DNA of 64,000 nt from Candidatus Dormiibacterota bacterium. Its GTDB lineage: Bacteria; Chloroflexota; Dormibacteria; Aeolococcales; Aeolococcaceae. Below are positions 45,960 through 55,224 of the stretch, one piece after another. The stretch lies in NCBI GenBank assembly GCA_963708605.1, contig CAVPTG010000004.1, forward strand, positions 250,900 to 314,899, in the 5' to 3' direction. A model generated the notes under the pieces. It ran no database searches. It had not been told where the DNA came from and was given only the letters and a program-made list of their open reading frames with translations. The position numbers and the translations under genes are program-made. Numbering within the stretch: the first letter of the stretch is position 1; the number at the start of each line of letters is the position of its first letter.

Positions 45960-47359
45960 CCATGCATGTGCACGTGCTCGGCATCTGCGGCTATGCGACA
46001 TTCGGGGCGGCACACCTCGCGCTCGAGCGCGGGGACCGGGTCACCGGGTCTGACGATCACGCCTATCCACCGATGAGCGAGGCGGTGACAGCGGCGGGCA
46101 TCGAGTGGGAGAACAACAGCGACCCTGCCAACCTCGACCGCTGGGGGGTGCCCGATCTCGTGGTGGTCGGCAACCAGACGCGCCCCGCCAACCTGGAGCT
46201 CGAGGCCGTGCGCCGGCGCGGCATCCCATGCGTCAGCGAGATCGAGTTCTACGTCTCGCTCGCAGGTGACCGTCTGCGCCTCACGGTGTGCGGCACCCAC
46301 GGCAAGACCACGACCTCGGCGCTCCTGGTTCACATCCTCGAGCGCGCCGGTATGGACCCCGGGTTCCGCCTCGGCTCCACGTCGCTGGACCTCGGCGGGA
46401 CCTCGAGGCTGGGCACCGGGCCGTTCGTCTTCGAGGGCGACGAATACACCTCGGCGCCGTGGGACGCGCGCCCCAAGTTTCTCCACACTCGACCGCACGC
46501 GGCGTGCGTCACCCGCCTCGAGCTCGATCACCCAGACGTCTATTCGAGCCTCGAGGCGTATCGCGAGCCGTTCGTCGAGCTGGCTGCGACCATGCCGGCC
46601 GACGGCGTTCTCGCCCTCTGCGCCGACGACCCCGAGTGCCTGGCGCTGCGCGACGCAGCCACGAGTGTTGTCGTCACCTATGGCACGAAGTCGGGGAGCG
46701 ACTGGTGGATCCGTGGCGCGCACGAGCAGGAGGGCATGCAGCGGTTCCAGGTGGAGCGGCGGGGTGAGGGCCCGCTCGATGTGGTGCTCACGTTTCCCGG
46801 GCTCCACAACGCGCAGAACGCCTGCGCGGCGCTCATCCTCGCCTCTGCGGCGGGCGTCGACCCGGCGGTCTCGGTAGCGGCATGCGCGGATTTCCTCGGA
46901 CCGGCGCGTCGTTTCCAGATCCTCGGCGAGTTTGGCGGGGTCGCCGTCGTCGATGACTACGCGCACCATCCCACCGAGGTCGGCGCCGCGATCGACGCCG
47001 CGCGCCAGCGCTATGGGGGACGCCGCCTGATCGCGATTCACACGCCGCACACCTACTCTCGCGTGAGCCGGCTGCTCGAGGACTACCGTCGGAGCTTTAC
47101 CGGCGCAGATGTGGTGATCATCGGCCCGATCGAGGAGGCGCGCGAGCGCGGGATGCCCAAGACCGTCTCCAGCCGGGATGTCGCCGACCGCGCCGGAGCC
47201 AAGTCCGTGCACGTGGTGGCGTCGAGCGATGAGGCGATCGAGCTGGTGACGCGAATCGCCAGGCCGGGCGATGTCCTTCTGGTGCTCTCCCTCGGTGGAT
47301 TCGACAGACTGTCGCCGCGCCTGCGCGATGCCCTGGAGGCGCAGGGTGCCCGCCGGTGA
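45956..47359 (+). CDS. mpl: Mur ligase at the murC position with Mpl-type signatures (murein tripeptide ligase-like)
   Basis: HVLGICG, VTGSD..YPPMS, PDLVVVGN, GTHGKTTT, EGDEYTSAPWDARPKFLH.RP, LELDH, DDYAHHPT. These match E. coli Mpl better than MurC; functional assignment is uncertain. Confidence 0.7.
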   Translation: MTMHVHVLGICGYATFGAAHLALERGDRVTGSDDHAYPPMSEAVTAAGIEWENNSDPANLDRWGVPDLVVVGNQTRPANLELEAVRRRGIPCVSEIEFYVSLAGDRLRLTVCGTHGKTTTSALLVHILERAGMDPGFRLGSTSLDLGGTSRLGTGPFVFEGDEYTSAPWDARPKFLHTRPHAACVTRLELDHPDVYSSLEAYREPFVELAATMPADGVLALCADDPECLALRDAATSVVVTYGTKSGSDWWIRGAHEQEGMQRFQVERRGEGPLDVVLTFPGLHNAQNACAALILASAAGVDPAVSVAACADFLGPARRFQILGEFGGVAVVDDYAHHPTEVGAAIDAARQRYGGRRLIAIHTPHTYSRVSRLLEDYRRSFTGADVVIIGPIEEARERGMPKTVSSRDVADRAGAKSVHVVASSDEAIELVTRIARPGDVLLVLSLGGFDRLSPRLRDALEAQGARR

Positions 47360-48266
47360 CTGGCTGGACACGTTTCCCGGGGTGCTCATGGACGAGCCGC
47401 TTGCCCGTCACAGCCAGTTCGGAGTCGGTGGCCCGGCGCGATGGTTCATCACCACGCGAGAGACCGGCGTGCTCGCCGAGCTGCTGCGGCGCTGCGACGA
47501 CTCGGGTGTGCCGGTGACCATGCTCGGAGCCGGCAGCAACACGCTGATCAGCGACGAGGGGATCGGCGGGCTGGTGATTCGCCACAACGATCGCCGCCTT
47601 CGCGTGGTCGACGAGCAGACCGTCGAGCTCGGTGCGGGCTGCATGATGCCGCGTGTGGCGCTGGACTGCGCGTCGCGCGGCCTCGCGGGAGTTGAGTTCG
47701 GCATCGGTGTTCCGGGGACACTGGGCGCGAGCGTGTACGGCAATGCGGGAGCATTCGGGACCGACATGGCCGAGGTCCTTGTCGACTGCACGTCGCTCGA
47801 CCCGCGTGGAGCGCCGGTGACGCTCACCGCCGCCGAGTGCGATTTCGGCTACCGGCGCTCCCGTTTCAAGGAGGACCTGCGCGGCAGCGTGGTCGTCAGC
47901 GCACGGCTGCGCGTTCATGCCGACGACCCGGGGCGGGTTCGCGAGCGCACCGACGCGATTCAGGCGGAACGCAAGGCGTCGCAACCGTATGGGATACGCA
48001 GCCTCGGCAGTGTCTTCAAGAATCCGCCGGATGACAAGGCCGGGCGCCTGATCGAGGCGGCCGGGTTGAAGGGACGGCGCTCCGGTGGCGCGCAGATCTC
48101 GCCCAAGCACGCGAACTTCATCGTCAACGTCGATCACGCGACCGCGGCGGACGTGCTGACCTTGGTGCGCGTCGCCCACGACAGCGTGAAGGAGCGGTTC
48201 GGCGTCGAGCTGGAGCGGGAGATCATCGTGCTCGGCGTCGATGCATCCGGTGAACGGTATGACTGA
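47346..48266 (+). CDS. murB: UDP-N-acetylenolpyruvoylglucosamine reductase
   Basis: FGVGGPA, GAGSN, GVPGTLG..GNAGAFG, FGYRRS, GSVFKNP, ISPKHANFIVN, LEREI. Confidence 0.95.
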   Translation: MPAGDWLDTFPGVLMDEPLARHSQFGVGGPARWFITTRETGVLAELLRRCDDSGVPVTMLGAGSNTLISDEGIGGLVIRHNDRRLRVVDEQTVELGAGCMMPRVALDCASRGLAGVEFGIGVPGTLGASVYGNAGAFGTDMAEVLVDCTSLDPRGAPVTLTAAECDFGYRRSRFKEDLRGSVVVSARLRVHADDPGRVRERTDAIQAERKASQPYGIRSLGSVFKNPPDDKAGRLIEAAGLKGRRSGGAQISPKHANFIVNVDHATAADVLTLVRVAHDSVKERFGVELEREIIVLGVDASGERYD

Positions 48267-49452
48267 TGCGCTGCGGGTCGGGGTCTTCTTCGGCAGCCGA
48301 TCGGTCGAGCACGAGGTGTCGGTGATCACCGCGCAGCAGGCGATGGCCGCGCTGCCCGCGGATCGTTTCGTCCCGGTGCCGGTGTACATCGCCAAGTCCG
48401 GCGCCTGGTACACAGGCGGCCAGCTCCTCCAACTCGACCGCTACAGGGACATCGATCGACTGATCGCCGCGTCCACGCGGGTCACCATGCGCCCCGACCC
48501 TGGCAGCCGCGGCGAGCTCATCGAGGTCGACGGGCGTCGCGGGCTGCTCGGCGGATCGGCGCGCGCGGCGGATCGATTCGACGTCGCGATGCCTCTCGTG
48601 CACGGGTCCAACGGGGAGGACGGAACGCTCCAGGGACTCTTCGAGCTGGCAGGGCTGCCGTACTGCGGATGCGACGTCGCGTCCGCCGCTGTGAGCATGG
48701 ACAAGCGGCTCTCTCGCACGACCCTGCGCGGGGCGGGGCTTCCCGTGCTCGACGACGTGATGGTGTCGCGCGCTCGGTGGCAGCTCGAGCCGGATGCGGT
48801 GTGCGCGGACCTCGCGCGCCGGCCGGGTTTCCCGATGTACGTCAAGCCACGCCGGCTCGGGTCGAGCATCGGGGTGGCGCGAGTCGACAGCGAGGAGACC
48901 TTGAGGGCCGGCCTCGACGTCGCGTTCGGCTACGACACGTCGATCCTCGCCGAGGCCGCCCAGGACGGCGGCATCGAGATCAACTGCTCGGTGCTCGGAT
49001 GGGGAGATGACGTGCGGGCATCGGTGTGCGAGCAGCCGGTGAGCACCGGCACGCTCAGCTATGCGGACAAATATCTCAGTGGTGGCAAGGGAAAGGGGGG
49101 CGCCAAAGCTCCCGCGGCCGGGATGAAGAGCTCGCAGCGAATCATCCCGGCACCCATCTCGGACGCGCTGACGAAGCGCATCCAGGAGGCGGCGTTGACG
49201 TCCTTTCGCGCCATCGGTGCCGCCGGTGTGGCCCGGGTCGACTTCCTGGTTGCGCCCGACAGCGAGTCGTTCGTCGTCAACGAGCTGAACACGTTGCCCG
49301 GGTCGCTGTCGTTCTACCTCTGGGAAGCATCCGGCATGCACTTTGACGCCCTGCTCACGCGACTCATCGATATGGGGCTTGCCCGGCACCGCGAGCAGCA
49401 GGCAACCACGTCGTCGATCGACACGTGGCTGCTCACGGGACGGCCGGGCTGA
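48259..49452 (+). CDS. ddl: D-alanine--D-alanine ligase (long form)
   Basis: FGSRSVEHEVS, HGSNGEDG..QG, MDK, VKP..LGSSIG, YADKY, RVDF, NELNTLPG. Confidence 0.92.
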   Translation: MTDALRVGVFFGSRSVEHEVSVITAQQAMAALPADRFVPVPVYIAKSGAWYTGGQLLQLDRYRDIDRLIAASTRVTMRPDPGSRGELIEVDGRRGLLGGSARAADRFDVAMPLVHGSNGEDGTLQGLFELAGLPYCGCDVASAAVSMDKRLSRTTLRGAGLPVLDDVMVSRARWQLEPDAVCADLARRPGFPMYVKPRRLGSSIGVARVDSEETLRAGLDVAFGYDTSILAEAAQDGGIEINCSVLGWGDDVRASVCEQPVSTGTLSYADKYLSGGKGKGGAKAPAAGMKSSQRIIPAPISDALTKRIQEAALTSFRAIGAAGVARVDFLVAPDSESFVVNELNTLPGSLSFYLWEASGMHFDALLTRLIDMGLARHREQQATTSSIDTWLLTGRPG

Positions 49453-49475
49453 ACGGCGAGAAAGGCGGCACGACC

Positions 49476-50261
49476 GTGGTCGGAGCAACGGGAGAGGTTC
49501 CCCGCGCTGCACTGGAGGACCGTGGCAGCGGCCGCCCTCTGCTGCTCCTGCACGGCTGGGGAGTCTCGTCCGAGCTGTTCGCGCCGATCCTCGACGCCCT
49601 GCAGGCGGGACGGCGTCTGATCGTTCCCGACCTGCCCGGTTTCGGCGCCACACCGGAGCCGGGCTCGGCGTGGTCGGTGCACGACTACGCGGCCTGGTGC
49701 ATCGCACTGCTCGACCGGCTCGGGATCTCCACCGTTGACCTCATCGGGCACTCCAACGGCGGACGCGTCGGCATCGTCATGGCCGCAACCAATCCAGGAC
49801 GCATCAGCCGGATGGTGCTCGTGGGCAGCGCCGGAATCCGCCAGCGGCAGACGTGGCGCAGCGCCGCGCGGGTCCGCTCGTACAAGCTGCTTCGAGCGGT
49901 TGAGCGGTCGGGGGCTGTGCCGCCGGCACTGCGGCGGGCGGCCGCCCGGCGGGCCGATCAGCGCGGGTCCGCCGACTACCGTGCGGTGTCCGGAGTCATG
50001 CGCGGCACGCTGGTCCGGTTGGTCAACGAGGATCTTCGAAGCCTGCTGCCGCATCTGCGCCTGCCGGTGCTGCTCATCTGGGGGGAACATGACACCGAGA
50101 CGCCCCTCGACGACGGGCGGCTGATGGAGCAACTGATCCCGGACGCGGGGCTGGTCGTCTTCGAGAGCGCCGGCCATTACGCCTATCTCGAGCAACCAGC
50201 GCGTTTCTGCAGGATCGTCGAGGTGTTTCTCCGCGACGAGCCGGGCGAGGTCTCGGCATGA
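49476..50261 (+). CDS. Alpha/beta hydrolase (serine esterase) between ddl and murF
   Basis: LHGWG, DLPGFG, GHSNGG (GxSxG), WGEHDTETP, AGHYAYLEQP. Start uncertain (49425 or 49476). Confidence 0.85.
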   Translation: MVGATGEVPRAALEDRGSGRPLLLLHGWGVSSELFAPILDALQAGRRLIVPDLPGFGATPEPGSAWSVHDYAAWCIALLDRLGISTVDLIGHSNGGRVGIVMAATNPGRISRMVLVGSAGIRQRQTWRSAARVRSYKLLRAVERSGAVPPALRRAAARRADQRGSADYRAVSGVMRGTLVRLVNEDLRSLLPHLRLPVLLIWGEHDTETPLDDGRLMEQLIPDAGLVVFESAGHYAYLEQPARFCRIVEVFLRDEPGEVSA

Positions 50262-51922
50262 GCCCGCTCGTCGGTCCGCTGGTCGCGCTCGCGGCCGTGG
50301 TCTGGGTGATCCTCGTCTTCCGGATCGTGCTGGTCGCCGCGCGGATGTTCCAGATCGAGGAGTACGAGTCGGTCCGCTTCCTCCGCTGGGGGCTGACTCG
50401 CGAGTGGCTCGCCCATCGCGCGGTGTGGCTCGGCCTGCTGCTGGGAGCGGTGGCGCTCAGCGTCGCCGCGGTGCTCCCCGCGGCGCGCCCGATCGGCATC
50501 GCCATCGCGTGGCTGGTGTCGGCGGCCGCGGCGCAGTTCACGTGGCGCTGGACATCACCGAAGCGCCCGCTGGTGATGACCGCGAGGATGCGCAGGCTGC
50601 TCATCGCGGGTGGCTTCCTCGCGGTGGTGCTGGCCGCAGGGCTGGCGCTCGGCATCGTCACCCTGCACCCGGTCGTGTCGACAATCCTCGTGCTCATCGC
50701 CGCGGGCCTGGTCACCAGCCTGAGCGAGATCCTCCTGGTTGCTGCCAATGTCGTCACCAAGCCTGCGGAGTTGCGGATCCGGCATCACTATCTCGCGCTC
50801 GCCGCTGCGCGCATCGCGATGGTCGATCCGCTGGTGGTGGCGGTGGTGGGCAGCTTCGGCAAGACCAGCACCAAGCACATCCTCGCCCAGCTGCTCGAGC
50901 CGCACGTCAACACGCTGCCGACCCGGAAGAGCTTCAACACCCTGATGGGCGTGACCCGCGTGATCAACGAGGACTTGGCTCCCGAGCACCGCGTCTTCAT
51001 CGTCGAGATGGATGCATACGCGCCCGGGGAGATCGCGGCGATCAGCGACCTCGTGCATCCGAAGGTGGCGATCATCACCGCGATCGGCCCCCAGCACATG
51101 GAGCGTTTCGGCACCATCGACCGCATCGCCGGCGCGCTATACGAGGTCGCAGGCGCGCTGCCCGCCGACGGCACGCTCATCCTCTACACAGGCGACGAGT
51201 CCGGCGCAGCCCTGGCGCGGCAGGCGCGCAACGAGCACCGGCACCTGATCCGCTACGCGCTGGCCGAGGACGGAGAAACCGTCGACGCCGAGGTCATCGC
51301 ATCGTCCATCCGCGTCGACGCCCACGGTTCGACCTTTCGCTGGCGCTGGGATGTGCTGGGCCTCGACCGGCAGGTGTCCGTCCCATTGCTCGGGCGCCAC
51401 CAGGTGGCCAACGTCACCGCGGCACTCGCGGCGGTGCACACCCTTGGCTACTCCGTCGACGATGCGATCACGACGGCGGCGGGGCTGGAGCAGGTCGAGC
51501 ATCGCCTGCAGCTGATGGAGAGTGCCGGGCCGCTGACGGTGATCGACGACTCATACAACGCCAACCCGGTCGGCGTGCACAACGGCCTCGAGGTGCTCGC
51601 CGCGATGCCCGGAACCCGCAAGTTCCTGATCACGCCGGGGCTCGTCGAGCTCGGCAGCGTCGAGGATGAGGAGAACCGTCGTTACGGTGCCCACGCCGCG
51701 ATCGTGTGCGACCACGTGATCGTGATGTCGGCGAAGACGAGCACGGCATTGTGTGCCGGGCTCCGCGGTGGCGGCATGAGCGATGACCGCATCCACGTCG
51801 TCGAGACGCTCGATGACGCGACGCGGCTCCTGCAGGCCCTGTCGCGTCCCGGCGACGTGGTGCTGTTCGCCAACGACCTCCCGGATACGTATCTCCCGGT
51901 CGCGCACGCCGCTCGCACCTAG
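50258..51922 (+). CDS. murF: MurF-type ligase with an N-terminal multi-TM anchor
   Basis: About 4 N-terminal hydrophobic segments, GSFGKTSTK, KSFNT, VEM, IGPQHMERF, DDSYNANP, TPGLVELG, VLFANDLPD. Confidence 0.8.
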   Translation: MSPLVGPLVALAAVVWVILVFRIVLVAARMFQIEEYESVRFLRWGLTREWLAHRAVWLGLLLGAVALSVAAVLPAARPIGIAIAWLVSAAAAQFTWRWTSPKRPLVMTARMRRLLIAGGFLAVVLAAGLALGIVTLHPVVSTILVLIAAGLVTSLSEILLVAANVVTKPAELRIRHHYLALAAARIAMVDPLVVAVVGSFGKTSTKHILAQLLEPHVNTLPTRKSFNTLMGVTRVINEDLAPEHRVFIVEMDAYAPGEIAAISDLVHPKVAIITAIGPQHMERFGTIDRIAGALYEVAGALPADGTLILYTGDESGAALARQARNEHRHLIRYALAEDGETVDAEVIASSIRVDAHGSTFRWRWDVLGLDRQVSVPLLGRHQVANVTAALAAVHTLGYSVDDAITTAAGLEQVEHRLQLMESAGPLTVIDDSYNANPVGVHNGLEVLAAMPGTRKFLITPGLVELGSVEDEENRRYGAHAAIVCDHVIVMSAKTSTALCAGLRGGGMSDDRIHVVETLDDATRLLQALSRPGDVVLFANDLPDTYLPVAHAART

Positions 51923-52040
51923 AGCGGTCACGCCGGCGTCCCCTGGGAGATAATCGGCGCGGCCCCGTGCGGCCGCCACGTCTCACCACACGTCTCAGCC
52001 TGCGTCATATGCAACGTCTTCACCGCACCGAGCACGTCCC

Positions 52041-53162
52041 GTGAGCACCGAGCTGCTTGACGAGCGCGCGCGCCACGTTGCCCTCGTGCGCGCCCAGGCG
52101 GCCCTCATCGCCGATTCGTCGCGATCGGTTCGCCGTCTGGTCCTCAGCCCGGGGGCGAAGCTCACCTCGTCGCCTCGCAAGCGCCGCCATGGGAGGCACG
52201 GGACCCCGCCGCCACCGCCCGCAGCCAGGCGGCACACGTCCTGGAGGCGGCGCGCCATCGCGGCCGCCGCGCTCACCCTGCAGGTTGGCCTCCTCGTGGT
52301 GGCGCTGACGCTTCCGGGGTTCCAGGTGCACAAGGTGACCGTCGTGGGCACTCACCTGCTCACCACCGGCGCCGTCGTCGCCGCGGCGGAGGTGCCCGAA
52401 CAGAGCATCTGGACCATCAACGGCGCGGCGATCCAGGGCCGGGTGCAGGCGCTCCCCTGGGTGGCGAGCGCGGTGGTGACCACCGAGCTGCCGGCGACGG
52501 TGGAGATCTCGGTGGTGGAACGGGCGCCGATGCTCCGGATCCGTCGCGACGGCACCGACACGCTCGTCGCCTCGGACGGGGCGACCCTGCCCGGGGTCGA
52601 CGCGACGCCCGCTGCGCGGAGCGGTATCCCGGTACTGATCGACGATCGCGCCGGATCGCCCCAGGGCATCAACCCGGTGCTGGTCCAGCTGCTCAGCTCG
52701 ATCGCGCAGCGATTCCACGCCGTGTTCGGGTGCTCGGTCGCCGCCTACCTGTGGGGCGCGGACGATGTGGTCAGCCTCTGGACGACCACCGGCTGGCGCG
52801 CCGTTCTCGGTCACCTCGACACCCAGGATGCGATCGCTGCGCTCCCGGCACAGATCGAGACCCTCGCCGCCCTCAAGGGGCGGCTCAACTTCGCGAAACC
52901 GGCCTTCGGCTACGTCGATCTCGAGGCCGCGCCGTTCCCGGTGAGCGGCGGGCATCCCGGGCTCCCCGCGGAGGTGAGCGCGGCACTCCTGCCCACCGCC
53001 CCGGCCGTCCAGCCGCCGCAGGCGGCGTCCTCGGTCCCTCCACCCACGGCGGCGCCGACCCCCCGTCCGACGCCGACGCCCACGCCGGCGACCAGCGCCA
53101 GCCCGACCTCGGGCATCGTTCTCAACACCGCTCCCGCATCCACGCCGACCGCGTCCCCCTGA
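52041..53162 (+). CDS. ftsQ: Cell division protein FtsQ/DivIB with Pro/Thr-rich C-terminal tail
   Basis: Basic cytoplasmic N-terminus, TM, POTRA (VTVVGTHLL...LPWVASAVV...LPATVEISVVER), YVDL near the end, PTPRPTPTPTP tail. Confidence 0.8.
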   Translation: MSTELLDERARHVALVRAQAALIADSSRSVRRLVLSPGAKLTSSPRKRRHGRHGTPPPPPAARRHTSWRRRAIAAAALTLQVGLLVVALTLPGFQVHKVTVVGTHLLTTGAVVAAAEVPEQSIWTINGAAIQGRVQALPWVASAVVTTELPATVEISVVERAPMLRIRRDGTDTLVASDGATLPGVDATPAARSGIPVLIDDRAGSPQGINPVLVQLLSSIAQRFHAVFGCSVAAYLWGADDVVSLWTTTGWRAVLGHLDTQDAIAALPAQIETLAALKGRLNFAKPAFGYVDLEAAPFPVSGGHPGLPAEVSAALLPTAPAVQPPQAASSVPPPTAAPTPRPTPTPTPATSASPTSGIVLNTAPASTPTASP

Positions 53163-53175
53163 CCGAGCGGCACTC

Positions 53176-54066
53176 CTAGCGGGCGCGGTCCCAGGGCCGC
53201 GCAGCGCGCAGCGCGGAGAGGATCGCTCGGGTCGCCGGTGAGCGGTTCATCGTGTAGAAGTGCACGCCGGGCGCGCCCCCGGCGAGCAGCTCGGCGCACT
53301 GGAGCGTGGACCACGCCACCCCCAGCTGGAGCACCGCCTCGGGGTCATCCTCGCGTGAGCGGAGGGCATCGAGGAGCGCATCGGGGATCGTCGCGCCGAT
53401 CTTGGACGTGAACCGGCGGATCTGCCCGACGTTGGTGACCGGCATGATGCCCGGGATGATCGGCACCCCCACGCCGGCGGCGCGTGCCCGCGTGACGAAG
53501 TCGAAGTACATGCGATAGTCGAAGAAGAGGTTCGTGATCAGGTAGCTGGCGCCGGCGTCCTCCTTGCGCTTGGCGAAACGGACATCCTCGTCGGCGTCCA
53601 GCGACTCGGGATGCTTTTCCGGGTAGCAGGCGCCACCGACGCAGAAGTCGTACCGGTCGATGATCAACTCCATCAGCTCGCTGCCGTGGGCGAGCCCGCC
53701 CGGGGTTGGCACGAACGGCCCGCTGCCGTCGGGCGGATCACCGCGCAGCGCGAGCACGTTGTCGATCCCTGCCCCACGGAGGCCCTCCAGGATCTCGTGC
53801 AGATCGTCGACGGTCGCGTCGATGCAGGTCAGGTGGGCGACCGGCTCGATATCGAGCTCGCGCCGGATCCGGGCGACCAGCTCGACCGTGCGCGCGCGCA
53901 CGGACCCTCCGGCACCGTAGGTCACCGACACGAAGGTCGGCTCGAGCTCGCGCAGATGCGAGATCGTGTCGAAGAGCTGACGCACCCCCTCGTCGGTCTT
54001 CGGCGGGGAGAACTCGAACGAGAAGATGGGTTCGCGGCGTCCTTCCAGGACGGTGTCGAGGCGCAT
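53176..54066 (-). CDS. metF: 5,10-methylenetetrahydrofolate reductase
   Basis: FSFEFSPPKT, FVSVTYGAGG, AHLTC, LALRGDPP, YPEKHP, ITNLFFD, IPGIMP, HFYTMNR. Confidence 0.95.
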   Translation of the reverse strand: MRLDTVLEGRREPIFSFEFSPPKTDEGVRQLFDTISHLRELEPTFVSVTYGAGGSVRARTVELVARIRRELDIEPVAHLTCIDATVDDLHEILEGLRGAGIDNVLALRGDPPDGSGPFVPTPGGLAHGSELMELIIDRYDFCVGGACYPEKHPESLDADEDVRFAKRKEDAGASYLITNLFFDYRMYFDFVTRARAAGVGVPIIPGIMPVTNVGQIRRFTSKIGATIPDALLDALRSREDDPEAVLQLGVAWSTLQCAELLAGGAPGVHFYTMNRSPATRAILSALRAARPWDRAR

Positions 54067-54086
54067 GGTGAGCACCATGCTACGGT
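54063..54086. promoter_or_regulatory. Overlapping divergent promoters with an 18-bp palindrome
   Basis: GCATGGTG-AG-CACCATGC (54063-54080). Minus-strand -10 TAGCAT (54082-54077) and plus-strand extended -10 TG-C-TACGGT (54078-54086). Confidence 0.55.
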
Positions 54087-54093
54087 CCGAGAA

Positions 54094-55138
54094 ATGCTCG
54101 CGGCGTATGCGTCGGCGGTTGGCGGCGACGACCCACTCGCCAACCTGACGGTCGGCGACCTGCCGGCACCCGACCCGCAGCCCGGCTGGGCGCGCGTCAG
54201 GATGCGCGCCGCGTCGCTCAACCACCACGACATCTGGACGCTGCGCGGGGTGTCGTCGGCACCCGTGACCCCGCCGCAGATCCTCGGCTGCGACGCCGCC
54301 GGCGAGGTCAACTCCTACGGAGGCGAGCCACCCCCCGGTGCTCCGCCGGTGGGCGCCCGGGTCGTCGTCTATCCGATCATCACGTGCGGCCGCTGTCCGG
54401 CCTGCCTCACCGACGAGCCACTCGGATGCCGGTACTTCCGCATGCTCAGCGAGGCGCCGCTCGCCGGGGCGCTCGCCGAGTACGTCGAGATCCCGGCCGC
54501 GAACCTCGTGCCGCTGCCGGCCCAGGTGGCCTTCGCCGACGCTGCATGCCTGCCCACCGCCTACCTGACCGCATATCGCGCCCTCTTCATCCGGGCCGGG
54601 CTCCGGCCCGGGATGAACGTCCTCGTGCAGGGTGCGACGGGGGGTGTGGCGACGGCGTGCATCCTGCTCGGCCGCCTCGCCGGCCTCACCGTGTATGCGA
54701 CCTCGCGCGACGAGGCGAAGCGCGCGTTCGCAGTCGACCTCGGCGCCGAAGCCGCCTTCCCGGTCGAGCGCGACACCACGCGCGCGGTCATCGGCGCGAC
54801 TGGCGGCCTGGGCGTGGACGCCGTGATCGACACCGTCGGCGAGCCGACCTGGGACCTGAGCCTCCGGTCGGTGCGACCGGGCGGTGTCGTGGTCGTCCCG
54901 GGCGCGACCGGTGGACCCGAATCCCCCGGCGCAGCTCAACCGGATCTTCTTCCGCAGCGTCACCGTTGCCGGTACCACCATGGGAACGCGAGGGGAGTTG
55001 CGCCGGCTCGTGGATCTCACGGCGACGGGGGCGCTGCGGCCGCTCATCGGCTCGACGCACCCGCTCCACGACGCGGCGATCGCGTTCGCCGAGATGGTCG
55101 ATGGCGACCTGCGAGGCAAGATCGTCCTCGAGGCGTGA
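54094..55138 (+). CDS. Zn-binding alcohol dehydrogenase/quinone oxidoreductase (MDR family; one apparent +1 frameshift at about 54917)
   Basis: ASLNHHD, ILGCDAAG, CGRCPAC, GATGGV, VIDTVG. PNPPAQLNRIFFRS...GTTMGT...GKIVL follows after removing one C next to GAATC (54919-54923). Confidence 0.85.
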
Positions 55139-55190
55139 GCCGTCGGCGGCACCAGGTGGCCTGGTGAGCACGTCGATTTTGAGGATTGCG

Positions 55191-55219
55191 TAGACGCGAT
55201 CGACAAGCGGTGTTACGGT
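55191..55219 (+). promoter_or_regulatory. Sigma70-type promoter upstream of the structured element
   Basis: -35 TAGACG (55191-55196), 17-nt spacer, extended -10 TG-T-TACGGT (55211-55219). Confidence 0.6.
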
Positions 55220-55224
55220 TGCGC

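Noticed and set aside
3833-51097. Many long antisense or alternative-frame ORFs (for example 3833-5062, 6812-8182, 22184-24340, 42171-43619, 45749-47389, 48223-49707)
   Set aside because: These are shadow ORFs expected at high GC with strong third-position bias. They are Arg/Ala/Gly/Pro-rich, have no motifs, and overlap well-supported genes.
53020-53162. Tandem DNA repeat at the ftsQ 3' end
   Set aside because: CCGACG/CCCACG runs simply encode a Pro/Thr linker (PTPRPTPTPTP) and are not an independent repeat element.
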